Under the pieces are notes generated by a model. It did no database searches and had not been told where the DNA came from. It saw only the letters and a program-made list of their open reading frames with translations. Position numbers and translations under genes: made by a program. This document shows, one piece after another, positions 8,415 to 17,857 of a DNA stretch of 63,626 nucleotides (positions are counted from its first letter, which is position 1; every line of letters begins with the position of its first letter). Origin of the DNA: a virus; IMG/VR virus record IMGVR_UViG_3300045988_147865, positions 1-63,626 of that record; one strand, written 5' to 3'.

Positions 8415-8820
8415 TGTCATTATTCTCAATCGTCCTCGCGTTCAGAAGCGAGGACTTGCCCTTAATATCTCTGGGCGTATCACTCTGAGGTCTAGTCCTT
8501 GCAAACTGCTGGATCTCCATCCGGGTGATAAGATTTGTTTCTGTTTCTATACGCCAAGTAAGCAGATGTATGTAATCAAGTCCACACCGGAGTTAGAAAC
8601 TAAAGATGTATGCATCAAACTGTCTGGCCGTAAGGGGCAGCTCCATGCCAGTAATGTTTCTACCGTCAGTTTCTTGCTTAGCTATATACCGAATATCCCG
8701 ACTGGTACTAAGCAGATAGAACTGGTTACGGCAAATGAAACTATAAATCTCAATGTAGATGGCGTCAGTTGTCCAGCTTTGGCTATCGTCAACAGGGCCG
8801 ACAGCGAGCATTGCCGATAG
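8398..8820 (+). CDS. Hypothetical protein (possible AbrB/SpoVT-like N-terminus).
   Basis: ATG at 8398 within ORF 8314..8820. ISGRITLRSSPCKLLDLHPGDKICF loosely resembles a swapped-hairpin motif. Confidence 0.45.
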   Translation: MKLTNDVIILNRPRVQKRGLALNISGRITLRSSPCKLLDLHPGDKICFCFYTPSKQMYVIKSTPELETKDVCIKLSGRKGQLHASNVSTVSFLLSYIPNIPTGTKQIELVTANETINLNVDGVSCPALAIVNRADSEHCR

Positions 8821-8843
8821 TAAAATATTAAACATTAAGAAAT

Positions 8844-11714
8844 ATGCAACAATCAATTAGATACAAAGGCCTCAGCCTCACTCCTGATGAAATGGCAGTA
8901 GAAAACGGTGCGTTATCCCTCTGCGGCAATCTAGAGCTGCATGATGGCGCGCTGCGCCCTTCTATTGTCACAGGAACACCCCTCTCTCAGCCACTCACCA
9001 TTAATGGTGTAGTGGCTAAAATTCTCTATGTGCACGAAACTGGCAATTACCGCCACCTCATAGCCATAGCCTCATCAGCCATCTACTGGTTCATGCAGGA
9101 TGGATCTCTTGGCTCAAAAAAACCTATCAAGTCCTTCGACTACGAAGCATCGGTTCTTTCCGTTAATTCCATAGGCAATACGCTTATCATTGTAGCTACA
9201 GATGGTATTCACTATGCTCTGTGGGGGGACGGAGGCTATAAAAATCTGCCACAGAAGCCTCCTTTTCTAGAAATTTCCTTTTCTATTTCTGATGATTACC
9301 CGGAAAACTACAGTAATGGTGGAGTTGATGCGGAAGGAAGCGCAAATGGTTTTCGGGATGCCTTCCAACAAACCATATACTCTTGTGATGAAATCTTCAA
9401 TAAGGTTAAAATGTCATTTGGAGATTATATGACAAAATATTGTGAATATCTTTCAATAAAAGAAGATAAGCAATCGGAAGTCACACAGAGTATCTATGCA
9501 CTTGTTAATAGGACAAATAACCTCATTGCCAGTAAAGGACGTTTCTATGCCAATTTCTTTGTAAGATATTGCTATAGAATGTTTGATGGCTCCATGATTA
9601 TGCACTCTTCACCAGTATTCATACCAGTACAGGTTCCAGATAGCTTCATAGTGATGTCGGCTAATGCTCATTCTTTTAATGCAACTGATGGCTATATCAA
9701 TACCTATGATGATTTTACCTTCCAACGCGAAGATGGAGAGAACAATAAATCAAAGGTACATATCACAAAGGCTGCATTTATCTATTATCCACGAAATGTA
9801 GATCTTAAATATACTATACTCGACGCTAAACGTGATGAACTTGAAGAATGGAAAGATGTCATCAAATCGGTAGATGTGTTCATTACGCCTCCTATCATAA
9901 ATGTTAATACATCTGAGAAGATTACAAGTCTAGGTGCTACACGAAAGAATTATAAACTTGGTTATGGTCAAGTTTATGAAACGTATGAATCAGATCAGAA
10001 CACAATAGGAGGTACTTCTGTGTATTTCCCATCATTGAGCGTAGATGCCTACCGCAACAAATTAAAGAATACTTCAGCCTTCTACAAGGTCTGCTCTCTG
10101 AAAATTTCTGATTTGACAAATTATACAACGAAGAAATTACCTGTAGACAAGAATGCAGTCTATCAGGTATCATTGCAGGAGCAGATGAAGGATGATTATA
10201 AGACCCATAACTCGCTCTTCGCAAAAGGTAGTTATGTATACAATCATCGACTAAACCTGTACGGCATGAAAGAGAAACTGTTTCAAGGATTCAATGGTAG
10301 TGTTATGCTTCCAGGGCAATACATTCTTAAATACGATGATAGCGCAGGTAAAGAGATATATAGATATCGAATCCAGAAAATTGTAGTTAGCCTCAACACT
10401 ACATCCGGAACGAAATATGTTGAAAGCAGCGACAAATTCTTCTCTCGTCAGGATATTGATGTCTTCATGATCAGTAACCTTGTCAAGTTCTACCCGGACT
10501 CCAGAGCTGATAAAATGGCTATCTTCTGCAAGGATTCTTCTGACAATGATGTTATATTCGTCTTCCCTCTTGAACAATGCGCAGAACTGAATGGAGCCAT
10601 GCACATGGGAGATTTTACTGACAATTATGCACAATATAAGGTCGATTCGTTTGATTATACGGTTGATGATGTAGTGGAACTGTCCAATAAGATCTACACA
10701 TCAGAGTCTGACAATGCCTTCTATTTCCCATTAAACGGAATCAATACCGTAGGTATCGGAACCATACAGGGTATAGCCTCTACCACGCGTGCGCTCTCTC
10801 AGGGTCAGTTCGGTCAATACCCATTAATGGCATTCTCTACCGATGGTATCTGGGCACTCAACGTCTCTTCCTCCGGAACCTACAGCAGTATTCATCCTAT
10901 CAGTAGGGAAGTATGTTCTAACCCTAAGGCTATCACCCAGCTCGATCAGTCTGTAGCTTTCGTTACAAACCGTTCTTTCAGCCGGGTAGCAGAATCTCAG
11001 GTGGCTTCCATGTCCGATGTCTTAGATGGTCCCGGCTTCAACATTTCCGGTAGCCTAGGCAAATTTCTTAACTTCTTTAATGATGCTGAGGAGGATAGCG
11101 AATCTGTCAAGACTATCAAGGCTCAGATGCGTCAACTCATAGATTTTACTTCATCGCCAATAGAGTTCTTCCAGCGTTGTCAGGTCATCTACGACTACAA
11201 AAACTCTCGCATCTTATGCCTGGATGTTACACAGACGAGTAAGACCTCTACGGCTGATACGGTGGCACTCTGCTATTCTATCAAGGATGGTAGCTGGAGC
11301 ACTTTCCTTATACAGAACGTGCTCACAGCAATCAATTCCTACCCACACCCCTACATACAATATAGGGATGGCAGCGTGATGGTGCTCGATAAGGGTTACG
11401 ATTACGAAGATACAACAGAGTATCATGGTATCATAGTTACTCGTACCTTGAAGTTCGATGAAGATAACGTACCTGATTCCATTACAAGCTATATCCATTC
11501 CCTCACGTCTGGCAGCATACCAATCATGTGGTTATATGGTAGCAATGATAATCAGAATTGGCATTACATCGGTCGCTTGGGCGGCATGAAGTCCAACTAC
11601 ATGGCTACTCACAGCTATCGTTTCTTCCGTATCGCCCTATACCTGAAGATGAAATCCATGAATCAATACTTTGCTACGCGCCTCGAAATCATCAGGCGTT
11701 TCAGCAAGTTCTAG
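8844..11714 (+). CDS. Large virion-associated (tail/baseplate-like) protein, function unknown.
   Basis: 956-aa ORF, last gene of the operon behind late motif copy 1. Beta-rich composition. Ends in TAG followed by a hairpin cluster. Confidence 0.6.
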   Translation: MQQSIRYKGLSLTPDEMAVENGALSLCGNLELHDGALRPSIVTGTPLSQPLTINGVVAKILYVHETGNYRHLIAIASSAIYWFMQDGSLGSKKPIKSFDYEASVLSVNSIGNTLIIVATDGIHYALWGDGGYKNLPQKPPFLEISFSISDDYPENYSNGGVDAEGSANGFRDAFQQTIYSCDEIFNKVKMSFGDYMTKYCEYLSIKEDKQSEVTQSIYALVNRTNNLIASKGRFYANFFVRYCYRMFDGSMIMHSSPVFIPVQVPDSFIVMSANAHSFNATDGYINTYDDFTFQREDGENNKSKVHITKAAFIYYPRNVDLKYTILDAKRDELEEWKDVIKSVDVFITPPIINVNTSEKITSLGATRKNYKLGYGQVYETYESDQNTIGGTSVYFPSLSVDAYRNKLKNTSAFYKVCSLKISDLTNYTTKKLPVDKNAVYQVSLQEQMKDDYKTHNSLFAKGSYVYNHRLNLYGMKEKLFQGFNGSVMLPGQYILKYDDSAGKEIYRYRIQKIVVSLNTTSGTKYVESSDKFFSRQDIDVFMISNLVKFYPDSRADKMAIFCKDSSDNDVIFVFPLEQCAELNGAMHMGDFTDNYAQYKVDSFDYTVDDVVELSNKIYTSESDNAFYFPLNGINTVGIGTIQGIASTTRALSQGQFGQYPLMAFSTDGIWALNVSSSGTYSSIHPISREVCSNPKAITQLDQSVAFVTNRSFSRVAESQVASMSDVLDGPGFNISGSLGKFLNFFNDAEEDSESVKTIKAQMRQLIDFTSSPIEFFQRCQVIYDYKNSRILCLDVTQTSKTSTADTVALCYSIKDGSWSTFLIQNVLTAINSYPHPYIQYRDGSVMVLDKGYDYEDTTEYHGIIVTRTLKFDEDNVPDSITSYIHSLTSGSIPIMWLYGSNDNQNWHYIGRLGGMKSNYMATHSYRFFRIALYLKMKSMNQYFATRLEIIRRFSKF

Positions 11715-11726
11715 CAGAAAAGCCAC

Positions 11727-11750
11727 CGTTCCATGGCTTTCTAAGCCATG
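11727..11750 (+). promoter_or_regulatory. Conserved hairpin family, copy b1.
   Basis: CGTTCC then catggctt/TCT/aagccatg. The stem sequence differs from other copies but pairing is kept. Confidence 0.55.
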
Positions 11751-11760
11751 TCAAAAAACA

Positions 11761-11802
11761 AGAGCCTTCGCAAATCAGGAGTTGTCCCGAAGCGAAGGCT
11801 CT
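11761..11802. terminator. 11-bp perfect hairpin in the convergent intergenic region.
   Basis: agagccttcgc (11761-11771) pairs with gcgaaggctct (11792-11802). Confidence 0.5.
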
Positions 11803-11858
11803 TTCCATAAACACACCTAAAACGAAAGAAGAAAAAAAGTTTCATTAAGAAAAGCCAC

Positions 11859-11885
11859 CGTTCCAGGCGATTCTATCGCCTGTCC
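11859..11885 (+). promoter_or_regulatory. Conserved hairpin family, copy b2.
   Basis: CGTTCCAGGCGATTCTATCGCCTGTCC, identical over 27 nt to copy c at 31457. Confidence 0.6.
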
Positions 11886-11896
11886 CCAATAGCCTC

Positions 11897-12538
11897 TTAC
11901 GTAAAGCTCGGCCGTCTCAAAGTATAGTTATCCCGGCTCAGCAGGTTGCTCTTCATATTATTGAAGTCTGCTGTAGCACTCTCCCCATACTGTCCAGCCT
12001 TATCTGCATACTGATCCTGCAAAAATTGGCTCATCGTATAATCAACCATATACCGGTGCATGTTGCTCTTAAGCGCATCCGTCACAGCCACATTCCAGTT
12101 CGGAATCTCCAGTTTCAGGGTAACAGTCTCATAGATACTTTCCTCCCGATCATTACCAGCCTTAGTTACGGTAGAAGTCACTTCCTCATCTTCCTGGCCG
12201 ATGATGCTTGTGGTCACTACCTCCGTCCAAGTTCCGTTCTTGTTATCGGTGTATACATACTTTCTTGTACCCTTCACCAGTCGCTCCAGATTGTTGTTAT
12301 CCTCCACTCTACCTGAGGTCAGATAACGCTGAGCTGCAACCTTGATATTACCGATAGCTTCCGTAACTGCACGATTAATAATGCTGCGAGTCTCTTTACT
12401 GTCAGGGCTTTCAATAGTGGCTCTGATGTCCTTCTGGGCATCATCCACCAGTCCCTGGCTCAATACATAGCATCGAGCCAATATGTCATTGCATACCTGC
12501 TCCATGCTAAAGTTCAAAGTAATTAGTTTACTATCCAT
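11897..12538 (-). CDS. Hypothetical structural-module protein.
   Basis: 213-aa ORF at the distal end of the - strand late block. Confidence 0.55.
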   Translation of the reverse strand: MDSKLITLNFSMEQVCNDILARCYVLSQGLVDDAQKDIRATIESPDSKETRSIINRAVTEAIGNIKVAAQRYLTSGRVEDNNNLERLVKGTRKYVYTDNKNGTWTEVVTTSIIGQEDEEVTSTVTKAGNDREESIYETVTLKLEIPNWNVAVTDALKSNMHRYMVDYTMSQFLQDQYADKAGQYGESATADFNNMKSNLLSRDNYTLRRPSFT

Positions 12539-12567
12539 ATTTCGAAATATTTAGATGATTAATAAAT

Positions 12568-13422
12568 CTACCTCAGTTCATAAGGTGGCCTGCCTCCGCT
12601 CCAGTCTACACGATCCTGATGAAAATGCTGCGAAACGAAGTCCTGATTGCGCTCAGATCCTTTCAGCCCACTCTGACCATCCTTATCTACTTTGTCTTCA
12701 TTTCGAGCCTCAGCATCCAGTTCATTCTGACTTTTAGCCTCAGCATCTATACTGCGACTTTGAACAGCAAGTTCGCCATTCTCTTTCTCCCCAGTATCAA
12801 CTGATCTGCCGGATGTAGTCTGCGCATTCTTCTGCTTACCTATCTCATCCCCACTTCTTGCCGAAGCCATAGGAGAAGAACCAGCCTTCTCGTCACCGTC
12901 TACTGCTCTGACTGATGTATCACTGGCAGAAGAGCTTTCTTTCGTTGTATCATCGGCTTTTCTTTCAGCCTCAGCAAAGCTAAAGTCTTTCTTTAACAAA
13001 ATCTCTTTAATGGCGTCAAGGTCACTCGCTCCCATACCGGCATAATCCGTATGGTTCATATCCGGGAAGTCGCTCAGCCATCCGGCAAGAATAGCATGAA
13101 CCAGATAGTTCTGTATTTGGTTGCTCAAAACCCCACTTAGTCTAGGTGGCCAAGATACCAAAGTCTTGATGGTGATTGAGAAATCATCAGCCAGTGCCTG
13201 TAGGTCAAACTGCTGTGTGGTCGAAGAAGAGAATCTTGCCAAGAAGTTTTCCAAGTCGGTTATCGCCTCCCGATAGTATATATCCAGTTTCGCTTCCTCG
13301 CCATCACTCGCCCAGACGGTCTGAAAGTCCACCTCCGGGTTATGCTGCGCAATCGTGGCAGATAGTCCCTCTACCACGCCCATCACGCTCTTTTTCACTA
13401 TTTTTATAGTTATCGTTTTCAT
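12568..13422 (-). CDS. Hypothetical structural-module protein with an S/D/E-rich C-terminal half.
   Basis: 284-aa ORF. Confidence 0.55.
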   Translation of the reverse strand: MKTITIKIVKKSVMGVVEGLSATIAQHNPEVDFQTVWASDGEEAKLDIYYREAITDLENFLARFSSSTTQQFDLQALADDFSITIKTLVSWPPRLSGVLSNQIQNYLVHAILAGWLSDFPDMNHTDYAGMGASDLDAIKEILLKKDFSFAEAERKADDTTKESSSASDTSVRAVDGDEKAGSSPMASARSGDEIGKQKNAQTTSGRSVDTGEKENGELAVQSRSIDAEAKSQNELDAEARNEDKVDKDGQSGLKGSERNQDFVSQHFHQDRVDWSGGRPPYELR

Positions 13423-13430
13423 AAGCCTTA

Positions 13431-13997
13431 TTACTTTCTATGCCACAACCAAATCAGCAAACCAATCACTGCAACTACCAGGGTCCAGATGATCTTGGTT
13501 GTATACTTCCCCAGGGTAATATACCTCTGTTCTGCCTTGCTCAGTTCTCTACTCAATACATGGATAGAGTCCTGCTTTAACCGAATCAGACTGTCCTTTT
13601 GCACGATCAAGAGTTGATATTTATCCACCTTCTTACTCATAGTAGAGATAGAATCCTGTAGCTTCGTCACCTCTTTAGTGTCTCTATTGGTCACAACAGA
13701 GTGCCAACTTTCTGTTTTGATAGGCTTTCCGTTCTGGTCTACAGTGGTCGAAGTACTATCCTTTGTATGAGTTGTCTCCTTGGTCGAAGTCTCATGCTCC
13801 CGGTTACGGTATGTAGCCATCTGCTCGAAGGCTGATATAAACCGCTCCTGCCAACTGGCATCCAAACCCTTGCTCACAGTGTTGTCTGTGATATAATGCT
13901 CCTGCATCACGGTTTTCGTCTTGCAGCTCGTAAGGAAGAGTACAGAGAAATAAGCTATCCATACAAACAGATAGATAATTAAATGTTTCGATTTCAT
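13431..13997 (-). CDS. Unimolecular spanin candidate (N-terminal lipoprotein signal plus C-terminal TM).
   Basis: Lipobox FLTSC after a hydrophobic leader. C-terminal TM IIWTLVVAVIGLLIWLW. Lies immediately downstream of the endolysin. Confidence 0.55.
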   Translation of the reverse strand: MKSKHLIIYLFVWIAYFSVLFLTSCKTKTVMQEHYITDNTVSKGLDASWQERFISAFEQMATYRNREHETSTKETTHTKDSTSTTVDQNGKPIKTESWHSVVTNRDTKEVTKLQDSISTMSKKVDKYQLLIVQKDSLIRLKQDSIHVLSRELSKAEQRYITLGKYTTKIIWTLVVAVIGLLIWLWHRK

Positions 13998-14000
13998 AAG

Positions 14001-14537
14001 CTATGAGATATTGAGTGCTCGCTTTGACCTTTTCAAATACTCCTCGCATTCGTCCAGACCATTGTAGCCACCGTTAATTTTCCGTCTTATTGCTTTCAGA
14101 TTATCCTCGTCAGCCAATGTATTGCATCCGAAAGTATCGAATATCCACATCGATGAACGTGTGGCACCAAGAGGCTGTTCTAGCAGTCCAGGCTTCTCCA
14201 CTACATCATAGCCACAATATCCGGCATACTTGCTATAGTTGGCTCGCCCTGTTATCTGTATCAGTCCACGCCCCTTATACCTTACACCATCACCCTTATG
14301 GGTGTTACCAAGGTCTTTTCTTCCTTCATACGCCTTTCCGCTGGCAATCTCCTTGGTATATCTCAGTTCACCACTTTCATGTGCAATTTGAGCCAAGTAG
14401 TGCGCCCATCTCAAAGGCGTGTTTATTTCAAACTCCTCGGCAAATCGGTTCAGGTAAGGCAGAAACTTCTCTGCTCTCTTCCCTGCGTTAGGCATTGCCA
14501 TCAGCAACTGCTCTAATCTGATTTCCTTCATTTCCAT
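14001..14537 (-). CDS. Endolysin, glycoside hydrolase family 19 (chitinase-like lysozyme).
   Basis: LAQIAHESGELRY...YKGRGLIQITGRANYSKY...INGGYNGLDE, characteristic GH19 strings. Confidence 0.8.
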   Translation of the reverse strand: MEMKEIRLEQLLMAMPNAGKRAEKFLPYLNRFAEEFEINTPLRWAHYLAQIAHESGELRYTKEIASGKAYEGRKDLGNTHKGDGVRYKGRGLIQITGRANYSKYAGYCGYDVVEKPGLLEQPLGATRSSMWIFDTFGCNTLADEDNLKAIRRKINGGYNGLDECEEYLKRSKRALNIS

Positions 14538-15006
14538 TTTCTTTATTGTTTTTATATTCTTGATACTTCTTAAACATCGGGAATTTCTCTACGAATCCTA
14601 GAGTCAGTGCATAATAGGCATAGTCTACCAGTTTGTAGAAAGGTGTCTCAGCAACCAGCATCCGCCTCAGATTCTTCAGGATATTGGTAACAAACAGGTA
14701 AGTAGCTGCTATACACACCCACTTCACGCAAAACAAGGCCTCTGTGTCCGAGTGTAGGAAGTGACCGATAATGAACAGAGCTGCCACCGTCACAAAGAAC
14801 ACCGCACAACAGACAAAGAACATTCCGAATTTCTTCCAGCTCCATTCTTCACCGTTAAACACTGCAGCCACGATACCGAACACCAGGTTCAGCCCAAATA
14901 ATACCATCATGGCAATCATAAAATCCCTGATGGGAACCAGCAGACTCAGAAAAGTCCATATCGTCCCAATTAAGTAACCTCGAATATCATTCATTTTCTT
15001 TTTCAT
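14488..15006 (-). CDS. Holin candidate (multi-TM membrane protein).
   Basis: 172 aa with about 4 hydrophobic helices. Overlaps the endolysin start. First gene behind late motif copy 2. Confidence 0.55.
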   Translation of the reverse strand: MKKKMNDIRGYLIGTIWTFLSLLVPIRDFMIAMMVLFGLNLVFGIVAAVFNGEEWSWKKFGMFFVCCAVFFVTVAALFIIGHFLHSDTEALFCVKWVCIAATYLFVTNILKNLRRMLVAETPFYKLVDYAYYALTLGFVEKFPMFKKYQEYKNNKENGNEGNQIRAVADGNA

Positions 15007-15062
15007 TTTTCCGTCCCCACTCCGTTATGGAAACGATGCAAATATAAGCCATCATTCCCAGT

Positions 15063-15084
15063 TATCTGTGATAAGTTGCGCAAA
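15063..15084 (-). promoter_or_regulatory. Late-operon motif, copy 2.
   Basis: The - strand reads TTTGCGCAACTTATCACAGATA. A TATATTTG -7-like box follows (rc at 15039-15046). Confidence 0.55.
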
Positions 15085-15202
15085 TTCATACGAAAAAAGA
15101 GAACACAAGCCCATTTTCTGCCTGCATTCTCTTCTTCTGATAGTTTTCTTTTATATATCTCTAGTCATTATGGAATTTCCCACAAACTCAACATTCAACA
15201 TT

Positions 15203-15694
15203 TCAATGGTTGAAGTACCCCCAAGCCTTACAATGGCCATAAGGGTTATCATCATCCCTCAGCCAGTTCACGGCAAGGTCCACCATCTTGTCCATCATCT
15301 GCTCCTCGCTGTCCTCCGGAAACCATTTCTTCATCAGATTATAGTTGTCAGAGTAGATCATGTTCAGCACCACGGCAAAATCCCATTGGTTGTAAGGTCT
15401 GATCTCGTCCTTCACCGTCTCATAGATTTCCTGCGTCTTGGCCATGGTATAGTAAGGAGCACGATGCTCAACTTCCTTGTCATCCTCAAACACCATCTTC
15501 TTGATCTGAACATCAGCAAAGAAGTCGTTGAAGTGACCGTTACCCACTACGCCATAAATCTCCTTATAGAGTTTCAGGAGGTCATTTTCCTCTGCGTGCA
15601 TGGCCACAAACTTGCCGATGATCTTGGTTACCTTCACCATCTGCTCCGGTGTGGCATCACTCTGATATTTTGTGATAAGTTCTACTAAGTTCAT
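15203..15694 (-). CDS. Hypothetical protein.
   Basis: Internal ATG (MNLVELITKY...) abuts the upstream stop. The longer ORF to 15823 overlaps the upstream gene out of frame. Confidence 0.5.
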   Translation of the reverse strand: MNLVELITKYQSDATPEQMVKVTKIIGKFVAMHAEENDLLKLYKEIYGVVGNGHFNDFFADVQIKKMVFEDDKEVEHRAPYYTMAKTQEIYETVKDEIRPYNQWDFAVVLNMIYSDNYNLMKKWFPEDSEEQMMDKMVDLAVNWLRDDDNPYGHCKAWGYFNH

Positions 15695-15695
15695 A

Positions 15696-16187
15696 TCATT
15701 CTTGTTTTTGTGATTTGACAAATTTGAAAATCTCGTCCAGCTTGTTCTCCATCTGGTCGAGTCTTGCGTTGGTTTTCTGCTGGTCACGAAACGTTGTGTC
15801 CAACTCTGAGAGAAGTTGATCACAGTCCTTTACGGTCTGCTCGAAGTCCGGCATCTTATTGATGATGTCATTGGCTTGATTCTTCAATGCGTTCACCTCG
15901 TTGATGATACTCTCCTTGCTACAGGAGATTACAAGGGTGTCGCTGTATGCTGTTTGCTCAGTATCAACTACCGAATAGGTTGACTGCTTTCCGTCTTCCG
16001 TCTGAACATTCACCTTCACGTTCATGGTGCCAAAGTTTGGCATGCCAGGCATCTGTGGCATCATGTTGGGTTTGCTACCACTAATATCAGGGCTTGGAGT
16101 ATTCATTACTTTACCCTGCTTGAATTTTCTAGTCGCCCGGTCAAACAAAAAGACTGGGAAACCTGCCTTTAAATCTTTAAATATCAT
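15696..16187 (-). CDS. Hypothetical protein (C-terminal coiled coil).
   Basis: 163-aa ORF. Confidence 0.55.
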   Translation of the reverse strand: MIFKDLKAGFPVFLFDRATRKFKQGKVMNTPSPDISGSKPNMMPQMPGMPNFGTMNVKVNVQTEDGKQSTYSVVDTEQTAYSDTLVISCSKESIINEVNALKNQANDIINKMPDFEQTVKDCDQLLSELDTTFRDQQKTNARLDQMENKLDEIFKFVKSQKQE

Positions 16188-16216
16188 AATCGTATCTTTT
16201 TAAATGGATAATGCGA

Positions 16217-16248
16217 GGGAAACGATGGCTAACAAACCATCCTTTCCC
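16217..16248 (-). terminator. Hairpin after 16261..16704.
   Basis: gggaaacgatgg pairs with ccatcctttccc (11 of 12 positions). Confidence 0.35.
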
Positions 16249-16260
16249 CCTATAATGATA

Positions 16261-16704
16261 CTAAGCAGTAGTCAATGCTACGGTTAGACTGTCAAATATG
16301 CTCAGGCCTCTAGCCTTTCCGCATACCACATCGTTTGCCTTTTGCGTTCTGCCTACGCTGGTGATGGTCACAGCCGTTGGCAGAGCTGTCTGCCCTTGGA
16401 AGGCTGCTACCCATCTTTCCGTGTAAATCAATGGCTGCGCTCTCATCACGTTTCTGTTGCCTGTTACTGGCGAAATGATGGAGATTGTTGCCACGATAGG
16501 CACAAACACCGTTGTACCATTCAGGATAGGCTGCTCATAACTGTAGGTTATGCTTGCCTGTGGCTGCACATTACCATTCACGCAATAAGGTCTGCAAAGC
16601 TTCTCATTGTAAGTAGCTAAGACTGAAACTTGGTTGGCTACCAATGCTGTAGTAGCCAAACCCACTGGAGAAATCTTGTTCATACCACTACGCTTCTGTT
16701 TCAT
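16261..16704 (-). CDS. Hypothetical beta-rich structural protein.
   Basis: 147-aa ORF with T/V/A-rich composition. Confidence 0.5.
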   Translation of the reverse strand: MKQKRSGMNKISPVGLATTALVANQVSVLATYNEKLCRPYCVNGNVQPQASITYSYEQPILNGTTVFVPIVATISIISPVTGNRNVMRAQPLIYTERWVAAFQGQTALPTAVTITSVGRTQKANDVVCGKARGLSIFDSLTVALTTA

Positions 16705-16715
16705 TCTTTACTTTT

Positions 16716-17579
16716 TTACTGATAGCCACCTGCTACACCTGCGCCACATCCGCAACCGCCATTCATCAGATTGGCAAGGTAGATGTTCTGCTGCAACTGA
16801 GAGTTCTTAAACTTCAAGTCCTGAATCTCGTTTGCTTGCTCCTGGCTCCAATGTCCTGTCAAGGTGTCGATGATGCGCTGGGTGTTGTTCTCACCTGCAC
16901 GGATGATGTCACACTTGTCTTGCTGCAGCTGGAAACCGAGATTCGAAGCTGCTCTTTCTATACCAGTGTTGGTATAGCTAAAGCCCTGCTGCATCTGGTT
17001 AATGATGTCCTTCTGGCCCATCTGGTTCTCATAACCCATACGGATAATGTTCTGCTGCGTCTGGCAGCAGCAATCCTTAAGCGCAATTGTCATCTGCAAG
17101 TCACCTTGTGAAATCGCGTTGATTACTCGCTCTGCCGAGAATCCTACCTGACCGCCAAGCTGCTGGATGCCTGCCTGGATGCCACAGATAGAGTTCTGCA
17201 AGGCGTTGAAGTCACAGTTTAGATTGCTTGCCAACATCTTAAGGTCGTTGCCGTTACCCTGAATGGCACCCATCAGCAAGTTACTATTCTGGTTGTCTGC
17301 CATCTGGTTGCGCAAGCTCTCGATTTGACTCTGAATCTCCGCACGCTGCACATCTGCGCCATTGTCACGATTGTTCCAGTCTGCACCATACATATAGCGC
17401 ATCATGCCCATCATCATCATGTAGGCGAACGGATTGTTCCACATATCATCATCGTCACGGTTACGCATCATAGCCGCCATTGCCAAAGGATTGCTGTCAC
17501 GATTTGCCATCGCTCCAAGCAAACCACCAATCATTGCATCGTTGCAACAAGAGGTAGTCTTAATTACTTCTTCTGCCAT
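16716..17579 (-). CDS. Hypothetical Q/N/M/G-rich protein with Cys clusters.
   Basis: 287 aa. Contains AYMMMMGMMRYMYG, CCCQTQQ and a C-terminal GGCGCGAGVAGG. First gene after the 17.6-17.86 kb regulatory gap. Confidence 0.5.
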   Translation of the reverse strand: MAEEVIKTTSCCNDAMIGGLLGAMANRDSNPLAMAAMMRNRDDDDMWNNPFAYMMMMGMMRYMYGADWNNRDNGADVQRAEIQSQIESLRNQMADNQNSNLLMGAIQGNGNDLKMLASNLNCDFNALQNSICGIQAGIQQLGGQVGFSAERVINAISQGDLQMTIALKDCCCQTQQNIIRMGYENQMGQKDIINQMQQGFSYTNTGIERAASNLGFQLQQDKCDIIRAGENNTQRIIDTLTGHWSQEQANEIQDLKFKNSQLQQNIYLANLMNGGCGCGAGVAGGYQ

Positions 17580-17770
17580 AATTCCTAAAGAAATAAAAGT
17601 TGTACATTTTGTTTATTCACACATGTAATCGATTACGGCAGCAAAGTTACTGATAATAGGCAAGTTCTTAGATAACTCTGTCACACTTTCTTTAATTGTC
17701 TGTTTTCCAAAGATTTAAGGTGACATAGACCCATATCAAAACCACCGATTATATATTTTCACAAAAATAT

Positions 17771-17790
17771 TGTATATAATTGTATATAAT
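17771..17790. repeat. Perfect tandem TGTATATAAT x2 (third partial copy at 17802) in a regulatory gap.
   Basis: Read directly. On the - strand it is followed by a TATTTTTG -7-like box. Confidence 0.6.
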
Positions 17791-17820
17791 TTAAGGCAAA
17801 AATTGTATGTTTTAGAGCAT

Positions 17821-17856
17821 AAAAAAGAGAGAAGCAATCTCTCGCCTCTCTCCTTT
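17821..17856 (-). terminator. Intrinsic terminator after 17858..18202.
   Basis: GAGAG/CTCTC-type hairpin followed by a T-run on the - strand. Confidence 0.5.
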
Positions 17857-17857
17857 T

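Noticed and set aside
11558-11848. A 96-aa + strand ORF spanning the end of the 956-aa gene and the hairpin-rich intergenic region.
   Set aside because: It is out of frame with the 956-aa gene end and runs through three stem-loops, so it is not plausible coding sequence.
15068-15688. A 206-aa + strand ORF antisense to 15203..15694.
   Set aside because: It is H/L/V-rich with no motif. It begins inside the late-promoter region of the opposite strand and breaks the otherwise uniform - strand operon.
15696-15823. A tail-chaperone-style programmed frameshift between 15696..16187 and the overlapping ORF 15203..15823.
   Set aside because: The overlap would need a +1 shift rather than the canonical -1. 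No slippery site was seen and no tape-measure gene follows. An internal ATG at 15694 abuts the upstream stop and gives a simpler model.
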